Shown here in pieces: positions 1-12,625 of a stretch of DNA of 64,000 nucleotides. Both the position numbers and the translations under genes were made by a program. Each line of letters opens with the position of its first letter. The first letter of the stretch is position 1. Where the stretch lies: assembly GCA_964187785.1 (NCBI GenBank), contig OZ076413.1:46130001-46194000 (forward strand), written 5' to 3'. This DNA is from Amphiscolops sp. MND2022. Its lineage: Eukaryota. Under the pieces are notes generated by a model. It was not told the origin of the DNA and ran no database searches. It was given only the letters and a program-made list of their open reading frames with translations.

Positions 1-300
1 ATGATAGCATGAACGTGAGTGCGTTCGCATTCTGATGGTATTTTCCATCTCAAATGCATCGCTAGTAAATATTGCATGTTGATTGGTCGAATTTTTGACT
101 GAGTTCATCACTTTTTCATCTCTCGTGTGTCTGAGCTAAATTTTCATGTGATTTCATCCTTTTTTCATCTCAAATTTTTGTGTGTTGTTTTTTCTGGTTT
201 TTTGGTCGTTTTTCATCCGTTTTACATCGTGTTTTGTTTTTACGCGTTTTTCATGTGATTTTTAGTAACTTTTCATCCATTTTACATCTTCATGTTCATT

Positions 301-3300
301 TTAAATTGAAATTGCATGTAATTGACTCGTTTTTGTGAATTGTTCATCTTTAACACATCGTGTGTTTTGAAATGTTGTTTTTCTTGGATAACTCGTTACG
401 TTTACTTTGTTGGTCTTTCTCAGGGAGTTTCTGGCTGTTGTAATCTCATGAATAAGGAAGTCAGGATATTTTTTCGGTGTAGGGTTTTCGCGTAACCTGT
501 ACCTACTTTGATTGTTTCTAGAAGGTCTAGAACTCATCCTTTCCTCATCTTCACTTTGCGTGTTTGTCTCTTGTGACTGATTTTCGTGTTGTTCGTCTCT
601 CAGAGGTACTCTTATCCTACTTTCATCGCGGGGGGGCGGTAGAATAATTTCCTCTTGTGTTCCAAATCTAACTGTAGGTGGTCTAAAGTTGTTGTGGTCA
701 GTTTCTACTTGCTGATAATCTATTCTCGTGGTTATTTCTGGAGAAATTACTTGTGGACTGTGTCGTTCTTGTACCTGTGGAATTTATTCTTCTGAAGGCT
801 CTTCTTCGACTAAGTCTTGATCTAGATTGTCATTCTCATTCTGATCTACTTCGTCGGTCGTCGGAATATTCGAGTCGAAAATGTCCGTGTCTTCAACCCT
901 TTCAGTGTCTGGGTAGAGATGTTTGGACACGTTGATGTCATCAATCGGAAATTCCGGTTTGAACAATCTCAGTCGCATGCGATGTACGCACTGAGTTTGG
1001 TGTGTGCCTACTTTGCGGATGATGTAGTTGCTATCGGATAGCACTTTAATCACCTTGTACGGTCCTTTCCAATGGAAAGTTTTAAACTCTTCTTTGCTTC
1101 TCTGAGAGTCGTACTTAGGATCTAGTAGGAACACAAATTCATTCACCTTCAGTGGCTGTGCTCGTGCTTTTCTATCATAGTACGTTTTGTACTTATGATA
1201 GGCGGAAATGATGTTATCTAGATTGTCTCTGAAGATGAAGTTCATTTTGTCTAGAATTTCGTTCACGTCCTTGCACTTTGTTTCAGCCGGTTTGTTTGCG
1301 TTTCGGAATTGCAGATCTAGTGGGTTGTATGGTGTTCGTCCGTGGAAAATTTCAGTTGGTGAGCATTTCAGTGAATCATGATACGTTGTGTTATGGGCCA
1401 TGATTGCTATGTCGACATAGCGGTCCCATTGTGGTCGGTCTGCGTTTACACTAATTTTAAGGATCTTTTTCAGTTTCGCGTGCGTTCTCTCCACCATGCC
1501 TATTGTCTGTGCGTGCTTTATCGTGGCATGGGAGATGTGAATATCAGCCGCTTTCGCGATTTCAGACAGAAGTTCAGCCGTGAACGCCGTGCCCTTGTCC
1601 GTCAGAATGTGTTTGGGCACATACGCGTGTTTCGTGAAGATCGACAGTAATCCTCTGACTACGGAATGTGTATCAGGTCTCTTCAGCGGAACGGCGAACA
1701 GGTAGCGTGAAAAAACGTCAACAGCCGTCAGAATGTGTGTAAAACCGTTCGACGCCGGGAGTGGACCAACGATGTCTATTTCCAACAGGTCTTCTGGTCC
1801 GTCGCACGGGTCGTAGATTTTTTGTAACGGTGGACGTAGTTGCGTTTCTTTTACACTTTTAGACTTCATGCAGTTTTCACATCCGTCAAGGACTTTTTGA
1901 ACTTTACAGGCTAAGTTAGGAGAGTAATATCTTTTACGAAGTTCATACAACATTTTCTTTAAACCAGGGTGTCCTTGTACCGGGCTGTTATGTAGAGTCC
2001 TAATTATTTTCAAAATACAGTCTTCAGGAACAACTAACTGCTTGTGAGACTCCAGTCCCGTGTGATCAAAAAACTGTCTGTACAAGACACCGTTTACAAC
2101 TTGTAGGCGTTTTCGATTTTTGTTCAACTTTTGAAAAAACTGATCTTGCATATTAACTGGGTGTTGCAAAATTTCAGCACCTTCTAAAAATCTAATCATT
2201 TTTTGAATAACCCAGTTATTTTTCTGGACCTGAATTAGATCGATCCCCTCAGCGGGGCTAACCTGATTCATTACCGGGCGTGATAATGATACTTTACGGA
2301 TGAATTGCGAGAGTTGAATCGGCTCGTCCACGTCTGTGAGGCGGTACGTCAGATGGTTGTCAGTCGCGAAGTCATCTGAGGCCGCTGTTCTCTCACAGTT
2401 GGTGAACTTCATCCCTTTCCCATCGTCATGAGCCACGTCAGTGCCAGTTGCCAATTTCATCTCTTTGACATCCTTCTGGCGTTTGCATCTGAGTGGTTCG
2501 CTCGCGGGAAAGTAATCAGGCTCGTCTTCCTCCTGTTTTGGTGTACGGGAGGCGATGTCGATCTCGATCCTGTGAATTGGAATAGTATCAGTCAATTTTA
2601 AATGTACACGGTCTTCAGGTCTAATCTCAAGCCGAGATAAGTAATCCGCTGCGGGATTTTCAACTCCTGGAACATGTGCTAATAGAAAATTGAACTGAAG
2701 GGTTTGATCGCAAAAATTCCAAAGTGAAGGCGGGATATGCTTCGCCTGAAAAAATCTAGTCAAGGCCTTATTGTCAGTCATAACAATGATGGGTTTTTTC
2801 GCACCCCACAGAATGTGGCCAAATTCATCGAAGGCAAAGTGCATAGCTAAAAACTCTTTGGCATACATTGTTAGAGACATCTGGCCGCCCTGAAATTTCT
2901 TAGAGCCAAATGCAACAGGGGCGTATGTTTGTTTGACTGACGGGTCGGCATAATCTTCAATTAACAAAACATAGCCGGCAGCGTGTTCGCTGGCGTCACA
3001 CATGATTACCAATTGTTTATCAGGTAATGGCAATTTCAGAGACACTTTTGTTGCTTTTAACAAACTTTCATTGATTTCAAAAATAGCATCTTTATGTTGT
3101 TGATTCAGTTTGAAAGGGACGTCCTTCTTGATCAATTCCTGTAAACAACAAGTTTTATCAGCTAGTCGGGGAATATAAGACCTGTAAAAGTTTACAAAAC
3201 CAAGATAACGTTGCAATGCTTTCACTGAGTTGGGGGGTTTCAATTTGGTCAGATAGTCAGTTACTCGTTTCTCAATGGGAGCAATACCGGTGCTAGAAAT

Positions 3301-5487
3301 GGTTTTTCCCAAGTACTCAATTTGCTTTTGTCCAAATTCACATTTACTCATGCTAAGTTTAAGACCGGCTTTGTTCAGCTGCTGAAAAACAAGTTCAAGG
3401 TTATTAATCAGTTCGTCAGGGGTGTGTGCTGCAATTCCAATGTCATCAACATATTGAGCACATCGGTCCGCTTTGACCAAGGGGTCCAAATACTCACGGA
3501 CTACACTTGTGAATGCTGACAATGAACGGTTAAGACCTTGGGCCAGGCGTAAAAAGGCAAAAGTTCTAGAACCAAAATTAAACGATAACAGTTGGACAGA
3601 CTGCTCATCGGCCATTGGAATGCAATGGTAGGCCTGGGAACAATCAAGTTTACAGAAATACTTTTTCCCGGCCATGTGTTGGGCAGCATCAGCAATTGTT
3701 GTTACGGGATGGTTGTGTTCACCGTAATCGTTTTTGATCAAGTGGTTTATTCTTCTCAAGTCAACTAAAATCCTCAATTTACCATTTGGTTTACGTTGAG
3801 CAAATATCGGAGATGAGTATTTGCTATGAGGTAAAGTAGTTATGATCCCGTACTCTTGCATTAAAGCTAACTCCACGAGCAAATCGTCCTTCAAATTTGT
3901 CGGAGTGGGGAGACTTTGTGAATAAACAGGTTCTTCATGTTGGGGTGTTAGCTTAACTTTAAAATCAGTGTTCATGCCAATATCAAAACGATGTCTAGCA
4001 AAAATGGAATTGTACTTTACCAGCAACTCCTCTACCTGTAACCGTTGAGACGGAGTAAGAAGCGAGTCGTCCCAGTTGAAGTTCTTCAGGAAGTTCATCC
4101 GTTGTTCATCGGATTGGGACGGGTCAAGCTTTTCGAGCTCTCGCAGTGCCAGAATCTCATCATAGATTCGTCGCTCAATTGCGTTGAGTTTGTGTGGCTC
4201 ACTGCACGTCTCGGGAGTTGGGTACCACTTAGTTGACTTCATTTCAGGGTTCACGAACAGATGGTTGATCACTGCTTCCGCCTCATCTGGGTACTTGGTG
4301 ATCAGGTTCAAGTGTTCGACTGGCATGGGTGTGATGTTTGCCGCCTGATGTGGTGTCGGTATGCGAAAGTGTGCCAGAGTGGTGTTGGCATCAAGTGTGA
4401 ACGTGTGGTTGTTCGGGTTGGTGACCTGGATTGTCGTCTTGCCCTCGTCTAGGTCAACCAAAGCTGGGGAAACAAGCAAACACGTCTTTCGCATGAATCC
4501 AGGTGAGCCCTCAACTGTACCAGTTGTAAGTGAGATGTCCGCGTCGCTGTGGACCTGTATCATCACTTGATGGAAAGGAGGGATCACTGTTCTGGTACTG
4601 GAACACAAATCAATTAAACCAGTTTTGAATCTGTTGTTCTTTTGCTGTCTAACTTGCATGGACATCATGTGATTAGGGAAGTGGACAAGGTGGTTTTTTA
4701 TGTCTAAATTGACTGAGTACTTTTCAAAGAATGACATTCCAATTAAAATTGTGCCCATTGTTGGAAGGATTAGGAACGTTTCTTCAAAGACTTTTCCAGC
4801 AACGTAAAATCTAAGTAAGACTTGCTTACGTACTGGGACTAAGTTCCCGTTTGCTATTTGAATTTTGAAATTCGGAGGGGGGAGTTCTTGAAGGATGGCT
4901 TCTGGATGAGCCGTTGTTATTTTTCGCAATTCTGCTTCAGACATTGCACTTTGAATTGCGCCTGTATCTAAAAGTGCGCTGTTTTCATATTTGTCAAACT
5001 GAAGAGGGACGTAAAGCATCTTATCTTTCTTGTTTAAGTGTAAAGTGGGACTGAGAACGTGAATTTCTGTTTTAGTTGCATGTTTTTTAGCTTTTGAAAC
5101 TTTAATACTACTCTGTTTTGCATGTTTTTTAATACTAAGCCGTTGGTCGATAGTTGAGTGTGAAGTTGAGTCGTCGTCTAGATGGTTGGTTTCCATCTCT
5201 TTGGCATCTTCCACCTGCCTCATGGTGTCTGGTTGCCAGTTCATCGTTTGTTCATCGTTGATTTCAGCGAGTGGAGAAAAGCGGCTGCCGTTGAGTTGAC
5301 GTGCATTTCCCATCGCTTTTTCATCGTTGAAAATTCTTCGCTGATAGACATCATCAGCTTTCGGTCGTTTGTCCAGTGAAGGCTGCCATTTCTTCATTGG
5401 ACGGTTGTGAGTCGGTTGTTGAGTCGTTAGTCGGTTGTCGCGCGTGTCATTTGTAGCGGGCGGAAATCGTGGCTGAATCAAAAACCC
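301..5487 (-). CDS. pol: Pol polyprotein of A (PR, dUTPase-like insert, RT, RNase H, IN, GPY/F); one in-frame TAA at 784-786 in the C-terminal tail
   Basis: ORF 784-5481: LLDTGA (protease), QYVDD (RT), MCDAS (RNase H), H-H-C-C plus IDIVGP/TDKGT/MVER (integrase), WKGPYKV. I translated 783-538 by hand: it is open and in frame with ORF 301-537, whose RYRLRENPTP matches the C-terminal HNLRPNPNP of element C Pol. Confidence 0.93.
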
Positions 5488-6983
5488 TGGTTAATGTCTT
5501 CATCAGAGTGGCTTAGTTGTTCATCGTCCTCAGTAATTGCTTGCATTGGATTCATCGGCTTTTGCTGTCGTTTTAAATCTTGTCGTCTAGCCTTGTTGTC
5601 GTCCTGTGAATTTGTTGTGTATGGAATCTTTCCATATGCAGAGCTGCTTTCCTTGGGAATGCGTCGCCTGCAGTCTCTTGCAGAGTGGCCGGTGTATCCA
5701 CAAATCTGGCAAACCAGCTTGGGATTGTACTTCGGTTTGTCTGTGTCGGTTGCTTTCTTCATCGGAATTGCATCTTCTTTCTTAATGCCGTTTGCTTCGT
5801 CACGTTGTCGGGCGCGGCATTCTGTTTTGCGGTGACCTGTCTTTCCGCAGTAGAAGCATTGTCCCTCAAATCGTTTTCTTTCTGTCGGTTGTGTTGTCGT
5901 CGTTGTTGCTGGTTTAATCGTTGTGTTGGTCGTTGGGACCGAGGAGGTGACCGTGTTAAATGGTTGAATTGTCGTAGGTGGCGCAACGTACTGTTGGTAC
6001 TGGTATTTTCTCATCAAGTATGTCTTGATTTCTTCTGGTGAGCTCTCCTCCTTATTGGCCATCGTAAGTTCTTGTTGTATTTCGACTGGGAGTTTGCCGA
6101 ACAAGAACATCTTGATGATTTTGTCCGCTTCTTCCCCAAATGCTTGTTTCGCAATCTTTTTCAAGTTTTTGAGGAAGTCGCTGAATGTTTCTGTGGTGGG
6201 ATCGTAACGGGCTTGATCCCATTTGTATCGAGCTACTTCTTTAAGATCCTCTTTCGCGAATTCTTTCCTGAAGAGGTCGAGCACATCTTTCAGCGTTGTT
6301 AGTGGTGTTATCTGGATGGATTGCCAGTACTCTATTGCATCATCTCTCAAAAGGCTTTGAAAGAAGTGGAGTTTGCTCTCTTCGGTGATTTTGTTGGCGA
6401 GCGGGCTAAGGTGGTTGAGGAGAAGGTGCTCGAATTCCACGAATTTGTCTTTTTGGCCTCTGAAATTTGGGACGTGTGTCTGTAGTAATTTTGTGTTGGT
6501 GGTGGTGCTTTTGATTCGTTGGGGGATCGTCTCGATTGCATTGAGTAGTCGTTCCTCATTGCTTCTAGGAGTTGATTCACCTTCTTCGTCCGAGTCGTCT
6601 TCCTGGTATCGCCTGAAGTTTGTGAAGCTGGATGTCGGGCGGGTGGAGCGGGTTTCTGTAACTCCTGTCACCATGTCGAGCCCCACCGTAGGGGCCGGCT
6701 TTGAAGGACCTTTCGAAGTTGATGGTCGATTTTCACTGTCTGTCTTACTTATGACAGCCATCATTAAGTCCTTCAGTTAGCTAAACTCATTTTGTAGTTC
6801 GTTTATCTTTCTTTCATAACTCTCTCTTATTTCAGACAACTGGGACGAGATATCTGAAGTTTCATTGTTGTCGGAGTCATTGGCGGACGACTGGGCCATG
6901 TCTGGATCGGTTGGAACGGGTGTTTCTAACGAGGAACTAATAATTCTTCCACTTCTGAGTTCAGTGCCTTGATCTGAGTTCAT
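5478..6983 (-). CDS. gag: Gag of A, interrupted by one in-frame TAA (6777-6779)
   Basis: ORFs 6777-6983 and 5478-6764 are in the same frame (NEFS*LKDLMMAV). Capsid-like region plus CFYCGKTGHRKTEC and CQICGYTGHSARDC knuckles. Confidence 0.88.
5481..5487 (-). promoter_or_regulatory. -1 frameshift slippery heptamer G GGU UUU (A)
   Basis: CAG GGT TTT TGA at the gag stop; the -1 frame continues LIQPRFP into pol. Confidence 0.8.
6662..6673 (-). promoter_or_regulatory. Primer-binding site TGGTGACAGGAG (probably tRNA-Leu type)
   Basis: Follows ...ACA directly and is identical in all four elements. One mismatch to the TGGTGTCAGGAG complement of typical tRNA-Leu 3' ends. Confidence 0.8.
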
Positions 6984-8634
6984 AGAGATGGGAGAAAAAG
7001 ATTATGAGTGAAGACTGGATTATCTGAGATGTTATTTCGATGTATTTTGCTGTTTTGTCTAAATTTATGATCTCCAATTCACTAAATTTGAACAGAGATG
7101 TTTTATCGATGGTTAGTACAAGTAAACAAGTCGTCAGGAAAGTAGTAGGAAATTAGTAAGGTGAATAGGAAAGTTCATCCAATTTTCATCGCAGTTGCAG
7201 ATGTACCAAGAGAGTAGTTAGCTTGCGATTTTACAGTTTTCAGAGATGAAATAGAGATGTATTTTCTGGTGAAATTCGACGTCAAATATCCTACTGGATG
7301 GTAGCTAATCGCAATTCGGTCTGAGTAATATTTAATGGCGGTCCAATTTACAGCAGTTCACGTGTCTTTTCAGGCTGGTAAGACGCTAAATCTCTTACCA
7401 GCCGCCTCTTATTGGCTATTGCCAGTTGGTGCTAATTGGTAAGTCACGTGACCGTTGTTGTGAACTGCCGCAAGTTGGCTGAACCACATGGTACATCTAC
7501 ATATGCTAATTATGACTAATCATCACTTTACAATGTCGCAATTACCTGCACGCAGCATCATGGTTTCTATAGCAACTCAAATCATTCAATAATGTACTAA
7601 TTTCAAGTCAAACCAGAGTAAAATGTATCACAGGATGGGAAAACGATGTTTTTCTAACTAATTCTAGCACTAAAATCAATACTTCAAAATTAAAGATGGA
7701 AATGCGATGAAACTGTCAGAATATTTGCTGATTTTCAAGTCTAGTTTAGCTCTGGATGAAAATGCGATGAATGGTGGTCTTTTCGCTCGAAAATCAACAC
7801 GATATAAACTGACGATGACAAAAGGATGAACTCCCCATAAAATTTGCCAATTTCCAGCACTGATTAAAATGGCGATGAATTCAGGATGAATCCACTCAGA
7901 AAATGCTATTTCTAGGGCAGATCAGTTTTGGCGATGAATTTAAGATGAACTCATGAATAAAAACAGCAAATCTCGAAGCAATTCAAACTAGCGATGAGTC
8001 TAGGATGAACTTGTGAATTAAAACAGCAACTATTGAAGCAATTCAAACTAGCGATGAGTTTAGGATGAACTCATCCACTAAAATGGTAAGTCTCAACACA
8101 AGGTGAAATCATGATGAATTAATGATGGATTTACTAAACAAATCAGATAACCAGCGCAATCACTCTTTTTTAGGATGGGTTAAGGATGTACTTTCTCATT
8201 TCTCTTCTATGCTAGTATGACGATGAATAAAGGATGTTTTACTGTCCTTAAGAAATGAGAAGCACATTTGTGAGTTTCTACATGAAATATAACAATGAAT
8301 TAGTGATGAGTTTTACTAAAATGAGTCCCGTAAAATCCGCTGATGGATTTATGATGAAAAGTAAAGTTTATTGTCCCATGCGTGGTTCATTCGCAATTTC
8401 GGAGATGGGATTGCGATGAACTTTGTTAACAGCACCAGTAAATCCGCTGATGGATTTAAATGAAATCAAATCAGAACCATCACTAAATTAGACGATGAAT
8501 TTGTGATGTATTTTTGATGAAATTTGTCACAACTACAAACTCTGAGGCGGGGAGCTAGTAGAAGTTATAACTTTCATCGTTTCTATATCTCGCGGTCCAG
8601 TCTGACCGGAAAACTTCTCTCCCTTGTCGTGACC
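6674..8634 (-). repeat. 5' LTR of A (outer end approximate)
   Basis: Inner end defined by CA + PBS. Contains the gag start and a GATGAA-motif array. Confidence 0.65.
7620..8520 (+). repeat. Degenerate ~60-bp tandem array rich in (GC/AG)GATGAA
   Basis: Near-identical units such as attcaaactagcgatgag...taggatgaac at 7981 and 8041; many GATGAA/GATGA motifs. Confidence 0.75.
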
Positions 8635-8635
8635 A

Positions 8636-9180
8636 ACCAATATTTAAGAAAAGTAGCACATCTAAGGCTAATGGCAAGATCATTTATGCGGACACCGGAA
8701 CTAGAGCGCTCAGTATTAAGTAGATATATATAACTCACACTCAGGGGGGGGGGAAGGGATTAAGGTACAAGTAACGTAGGGTTGCTCACAACCATGGCTC
8801 TTATTATATGACTTCATATTGCCCATATCTAAGTACATAAGACATAATATTTACATTACAGATATTTAGTAGATTATATTTCCATCATGCTGGCATGACA
8901 ATAGACATTGCCATCACAGGCGGACGCCTGGGACAAATATATTCTGCAAGTTAACATCATCGCCAGTAAGCTTTTGGAGTAAGGCTGACTACTAGTAGTC
9001 GGAACGTAGTTGGGAAGTATCAGGAAAAAATAGTTCAGCAGCCAGAATCTGAACAATTGAAATAACGAGTATGGAACAGTTTCAAAGTATTCTTCCAACA
9101 GTGGAGTCTGCAGTGAAAATCTGCAAAATTTTCCACCGTAATCTGAGTGAGTTTTGGCGATATTTTCGAAGTTATCCTTA
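8636..9180 (-). pseudogene. Degenerate relic of a B-like element: ORF-X C-terminus plus start of U3
   Basis: LSQASACDGNVY resembles element B VSQAAACDGNLY. LTR-start-like TGTCCCAGGCGTCCGCCTG at 8935 versus TGTCGCAGGCGGCCGCCTG in B. Confidence 0.55.
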
Positions 9181-9185
9181 CGTAT

Positions 9186-10050
9186 TGTAAAAACCTAGAT
9201 CCGTGTGATTTTCGTGTGTCGAAAGGAGATCTAGAATCCTTCGTTGGTAAGTTAAATTCCGATGATTGCGGCATATAGCCGAGACCTTGTTGACAAGTGG
9301 GCGTAACCGTCCTTCCATCCTTTCCTCTCAAAGGCAAGCTGCTGACTTATTTTATTTTGAATCTCTGGAATAACGCTGTCTTCATGGCAGAGCTAATTGC
9401 TCTATTAATTTAAGTATGCCTCATACTCATCATACTCACCTCTTGACAGAACCTCAGGTACAATTCACCCGACAATATTCTCACGGTCTCTAGAAGTCAT
9501 CGGCCTAGAGATCTCATTCTCATTTCTCATGTTTCTGATTTCATTTTCTTGGATTGAGTTACGCCTAAAGATATGATTTCCTGACTAGCTAGCCCTTTCA
9601 TTATATTATCTAACTCTTTCACAATTGAGTTTGAGTTGTTTTTCTCCTGACAGTACATCCATATTTTTGCAGCAAGAAAAAACATTCTTTCCCTGGAGCG
9701 TCTTACTCGGGACTTTTGTCTTCTTGATGAAGTCATTGAAAAGATTTTCCGGATCATACTAAATTTTCCGTTATATCTTTATATCAACTCTCAACGAATT
9801 TGAACTGGTTGTTTATAACAAAACGTAGAAAGCAACAATTAGCAACTGCAAAGCATCAAAGATAATCAATCGAACTTGTGTTTTCTTTGATAAAATCTTA
9901 TAGCTAAATACAGCTCCAAGCATCTATAAATAGTAATTCGACGTCACTACTGGTCTGAAAAGAGCTTACACAGGGCCCGCATGTCCCTTTGTTTACTTAG
10001 CCCTAAAGTGATAAAAGGATTATGCGGGACAATTATGATATACGTGGCAA
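9186..10050 (-). mobile_element. Old degenerate B-like LTR (solo or 3' LTR) with decayed Gag N-terminus
   Basis: SSRRQKSRVRRSRE...NSNSIVKELD and KDSRSPFD match B Gag (STRRQKAKARRSRE...NSNSIERELD, KDSRSACD). Ends in ...TTTTACA with no PBS; upstream limit approximate. Confidence 0.6.
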
Positions 10051-10841
10051 CATTTACATGAAACGCAACACATCATTATCACATTCAATTAGCTATCAAA
10101 TTTGGATCGAGGGTTATTGTCATGACTTTGTCATGGGCACACTCTAATATAACAAAACTTCGTTGAGGAGATTAGACGATCAACCAATCACGATGACTGG
10201 CCAATCACAGAAGGACACATCAAACGCAATCAACCGTGACGAGGAATGAGGACGAGAGACAGATAGAGAGGAGAAAGAACAGCTTAACTCTGTATAAAAG
10301 GTTTCAATAAATAACTGATGTAACTTGTAACATTTCTCTTCAACTAATTGGACAACCTTATCATCAATAGTCTATTCTCTTCATACTGAGCTGAGTTATA
10401 GAACAACCGACCCAAAGCTGAAAATCCGAAATACACTGAAACTGAATTATCTAAAAATGATTGTTGTAATCAAAAGTCTTTGCCGCTCGACTAGACTCGC
10501 TGACAGTTATAAAATATTACAAGGAAAAACGCAAGGGGTATTTGGACGCTACTATTTAAATGTTCGTTCCGAAAAACACCATCAATATTTAATCATCTTG
10601 ATAATGCAGTTGACTGTCTGTTGTGCTCTATTTGTGGGAGAAAACATTCAGAGAGCACCTCTCGTAAAGCAAAGCGATATCCGGCTAGTTGCCTTCACGA
10701 CCATTCTTTTCAAGGATGGTCGCAGGGGTGGAAATAAAACACAGAGTGAAATCGCGTGAAATTCCATGTAATTCGACTAATCAAATCACGCCGTGATATA
10801 GCATGAAATTACAGCTCAATGCGTTGAAAATAACACAATTA

Positions 10842-11651
10842 CCCATGTTGAGCACTCCCTGTGAATCTGTACAGATCTGCTCAGATCCTGACAGATATTC
10901 CAGGATTGTTCGAAAATTGAATAGTCATAAATTCAGATTTCGAAAAAGAAATTAGTTGGTTAAAAAGTGCTCTACGAAAAAAAACACACCTCTTATTTGA
11001 AGTTTTAAAAAAAGTTTCTGTGCGAATCTGTACAGATCTGTACAAATCCTTGCAGATATTCCAGGATTTGTTAAAAATTAACCATACCAATAAATTACTA
11101 TAACAAATTCCGAGTTTCCAGCAATTACTAAAACTACTCCAGCAAACCATGTTTCCGAAATATCACAACCACAGCACTCTATCAATACCTCTACCCTCCC
11201 AGAAGGTTGTCACATGTCAAATTTCATCCGTCAAAACGAAGTCAATATGGCAAACGAGCCTCTCAAAGTTGAAAAACCCTTTCTGGAAAGTTCAAGTGAA
11301 ATGGATAAATTACACTGTGTAACCAACACCGAACATTCCCCAGACACCAAAATTACCGTGATGGGGACAAGATTTCCTGCTCAAGAATTTCGAGTGATGG
11401 AGAGTTTCAACTGACTGAGCCTTGGTCAGCAAAAATATCTACTGAAGAAGCTAAAAAATAAAATGCATAGTTTCACTAGAAGGTCCGGAATAAATTTTCC
11501 TGAGAAATCTGTATAGAAAATCTTTGAACATCTGTAAAGATCCTTGCAGATCTGCAGTTGTCCTTACGTAGCAGTGGCACGATCTGTACAGATCCTCAAG
11601 GAAAATTGGCTCACAGATCTTTACAGATTCTCAAGGAAAGCTCAACATGGG
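10842..11651. mobile_element. Non-autonomous TIR DNA transposon (CMC/EnSpm-like MITE)
   Basis: TIRs CCCATGTTGAGC...GCTCAACATGGG flanked by TA on both sides; repeated subterminal CTGTACAGATC-like motifs; no long ORF. Confidence 0.75.
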
Positions 11652-12031
11652 TACCGCCATCTTATACCCCTTTTATCTGTAATACATACTAATTTAATCA
11701 CTTATTAACTAATTTATTTCTTCCCTCGTCTTCTGCGTCAGAAGTGCGAACATTCTCGTATTTCAATAAATTACTAATCGAAGAAAGGTCACTCGAAACA
11801 TATAATAAGTGTTTCAATTGAACCTCAGATGGCAAATTCGATAAAATAGTGATTTGCCAGAATACAAAACATGATTTTAACAACATCAGGCATCACATGT
11901 TACGTCTGAAGACCTATGATGCTTATAGCTTATAGCATCTGGATATATATCTTTTATGTGTTGTTGAATTATTAGGTTAACTTAAGTTGCGCTGTTTCGT
12001 TACTTGCAAATACGTCTTAAAATAGTATGCA

Positions 12032-12625
12032 TTAAAAGCAATATGAAAATCGGAAATGGTAACTGTAAGGAACAGGGTCCATATGGTCCCTCAGATCGCA
12101 TGCAGACCTTGAGTCCTTCTTTGTTAATTTCGTATTTGAGCTTTTCCATGCATTTCTCATTCCATCCTCATTTGAGGACATACACGGTCCGGCGCCAGGT
12201 TGACTCAAAGGCAAGTTTTCCACCATGTTCTGTATCTCAGGGATAATCCTCTCACTTATGGCAGAGCTAATAGCGCTACTGATTTGTGATTGCATTAAGT
12301 CCATCATTGTTTCCATTTCACGAGACATCCTAGCATTCATCTCTCCAGACAACATATTAATTGATTCTATTAGTCTACTTTCTCTAACTGGTTCATTTCT
12401 ATTATCAATATCTCTAATCTCATTTTCTTGAGATGAATTTTCCCTGTTAGGAAATGACCTGAAGTCTTGCGGCCCTTCAGGGACATTAATGAGACTATCT
12501 AGCTCTCTTTCTATAGAGTTAGAATTACCTTCACCTAGCATCACGTCCATGTTACCGTAGTCGGACAACATGTCTAACTCTCTCGACCTCCTAGCTTTGG
12601 CCTTTTGTCTTCTTGTAGATGGCAT
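12032..12625 (-). CDS. LTR-encoded Gag N-terminus (187 codons) running into flanking DNA
   Basis: Matches B Gag (one E/K difference) up to HMDPVPY, then reads 10 flank-derived codons. Confidence 0.6.
   Translation of the reverse strand: MPSTRRQKAKARRSRELDMLSDYGNMDVMLGEGNSNSIERELDSLINVPEGPQDFRSFPNRENSSQENEIRDIDNRNEPVRESRLIESINMLSGEMNARMSREMETMMDLMQSQISSAISSAISERIIPEIQNMVENLPLSQPGAGPCMSSNEDGMRNAWKSSNTKLTKKDSRSACDLRDHMDPVPYSYHFRFSYCF

Larger units (their letters stand above)
1..8634 (-). mobile_element. Ty3/Gypsy LTR retrotransposon A (5' LTR, gag, pol; 3' part runs off the left edge)
   Basis: gag with two CCHC knuckles; pol in PR-RT-RH-IN order; LTR end ...CTCGACA followed by PBS TGGTGACAGGAG. 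The outer LTR boundary (~8531-8634) is uncertain because no second LTR is in the window. Confidence 0.9.

Noticed and set aside
6777..6779. In-frame TAA in gag of A (and at 784-786 in pol) as programmed read-through
   Set aside because: No known read-through context, and B Gag has no stop in its LTR-encoded part. Single nonsense mutations are the simpler explanation.
1378..6780. Numerous short plus-strand ORFs opposite gag/pol of A
   Set aside because: Antisense shadows of the long coding frames; not conserved in the other elements.
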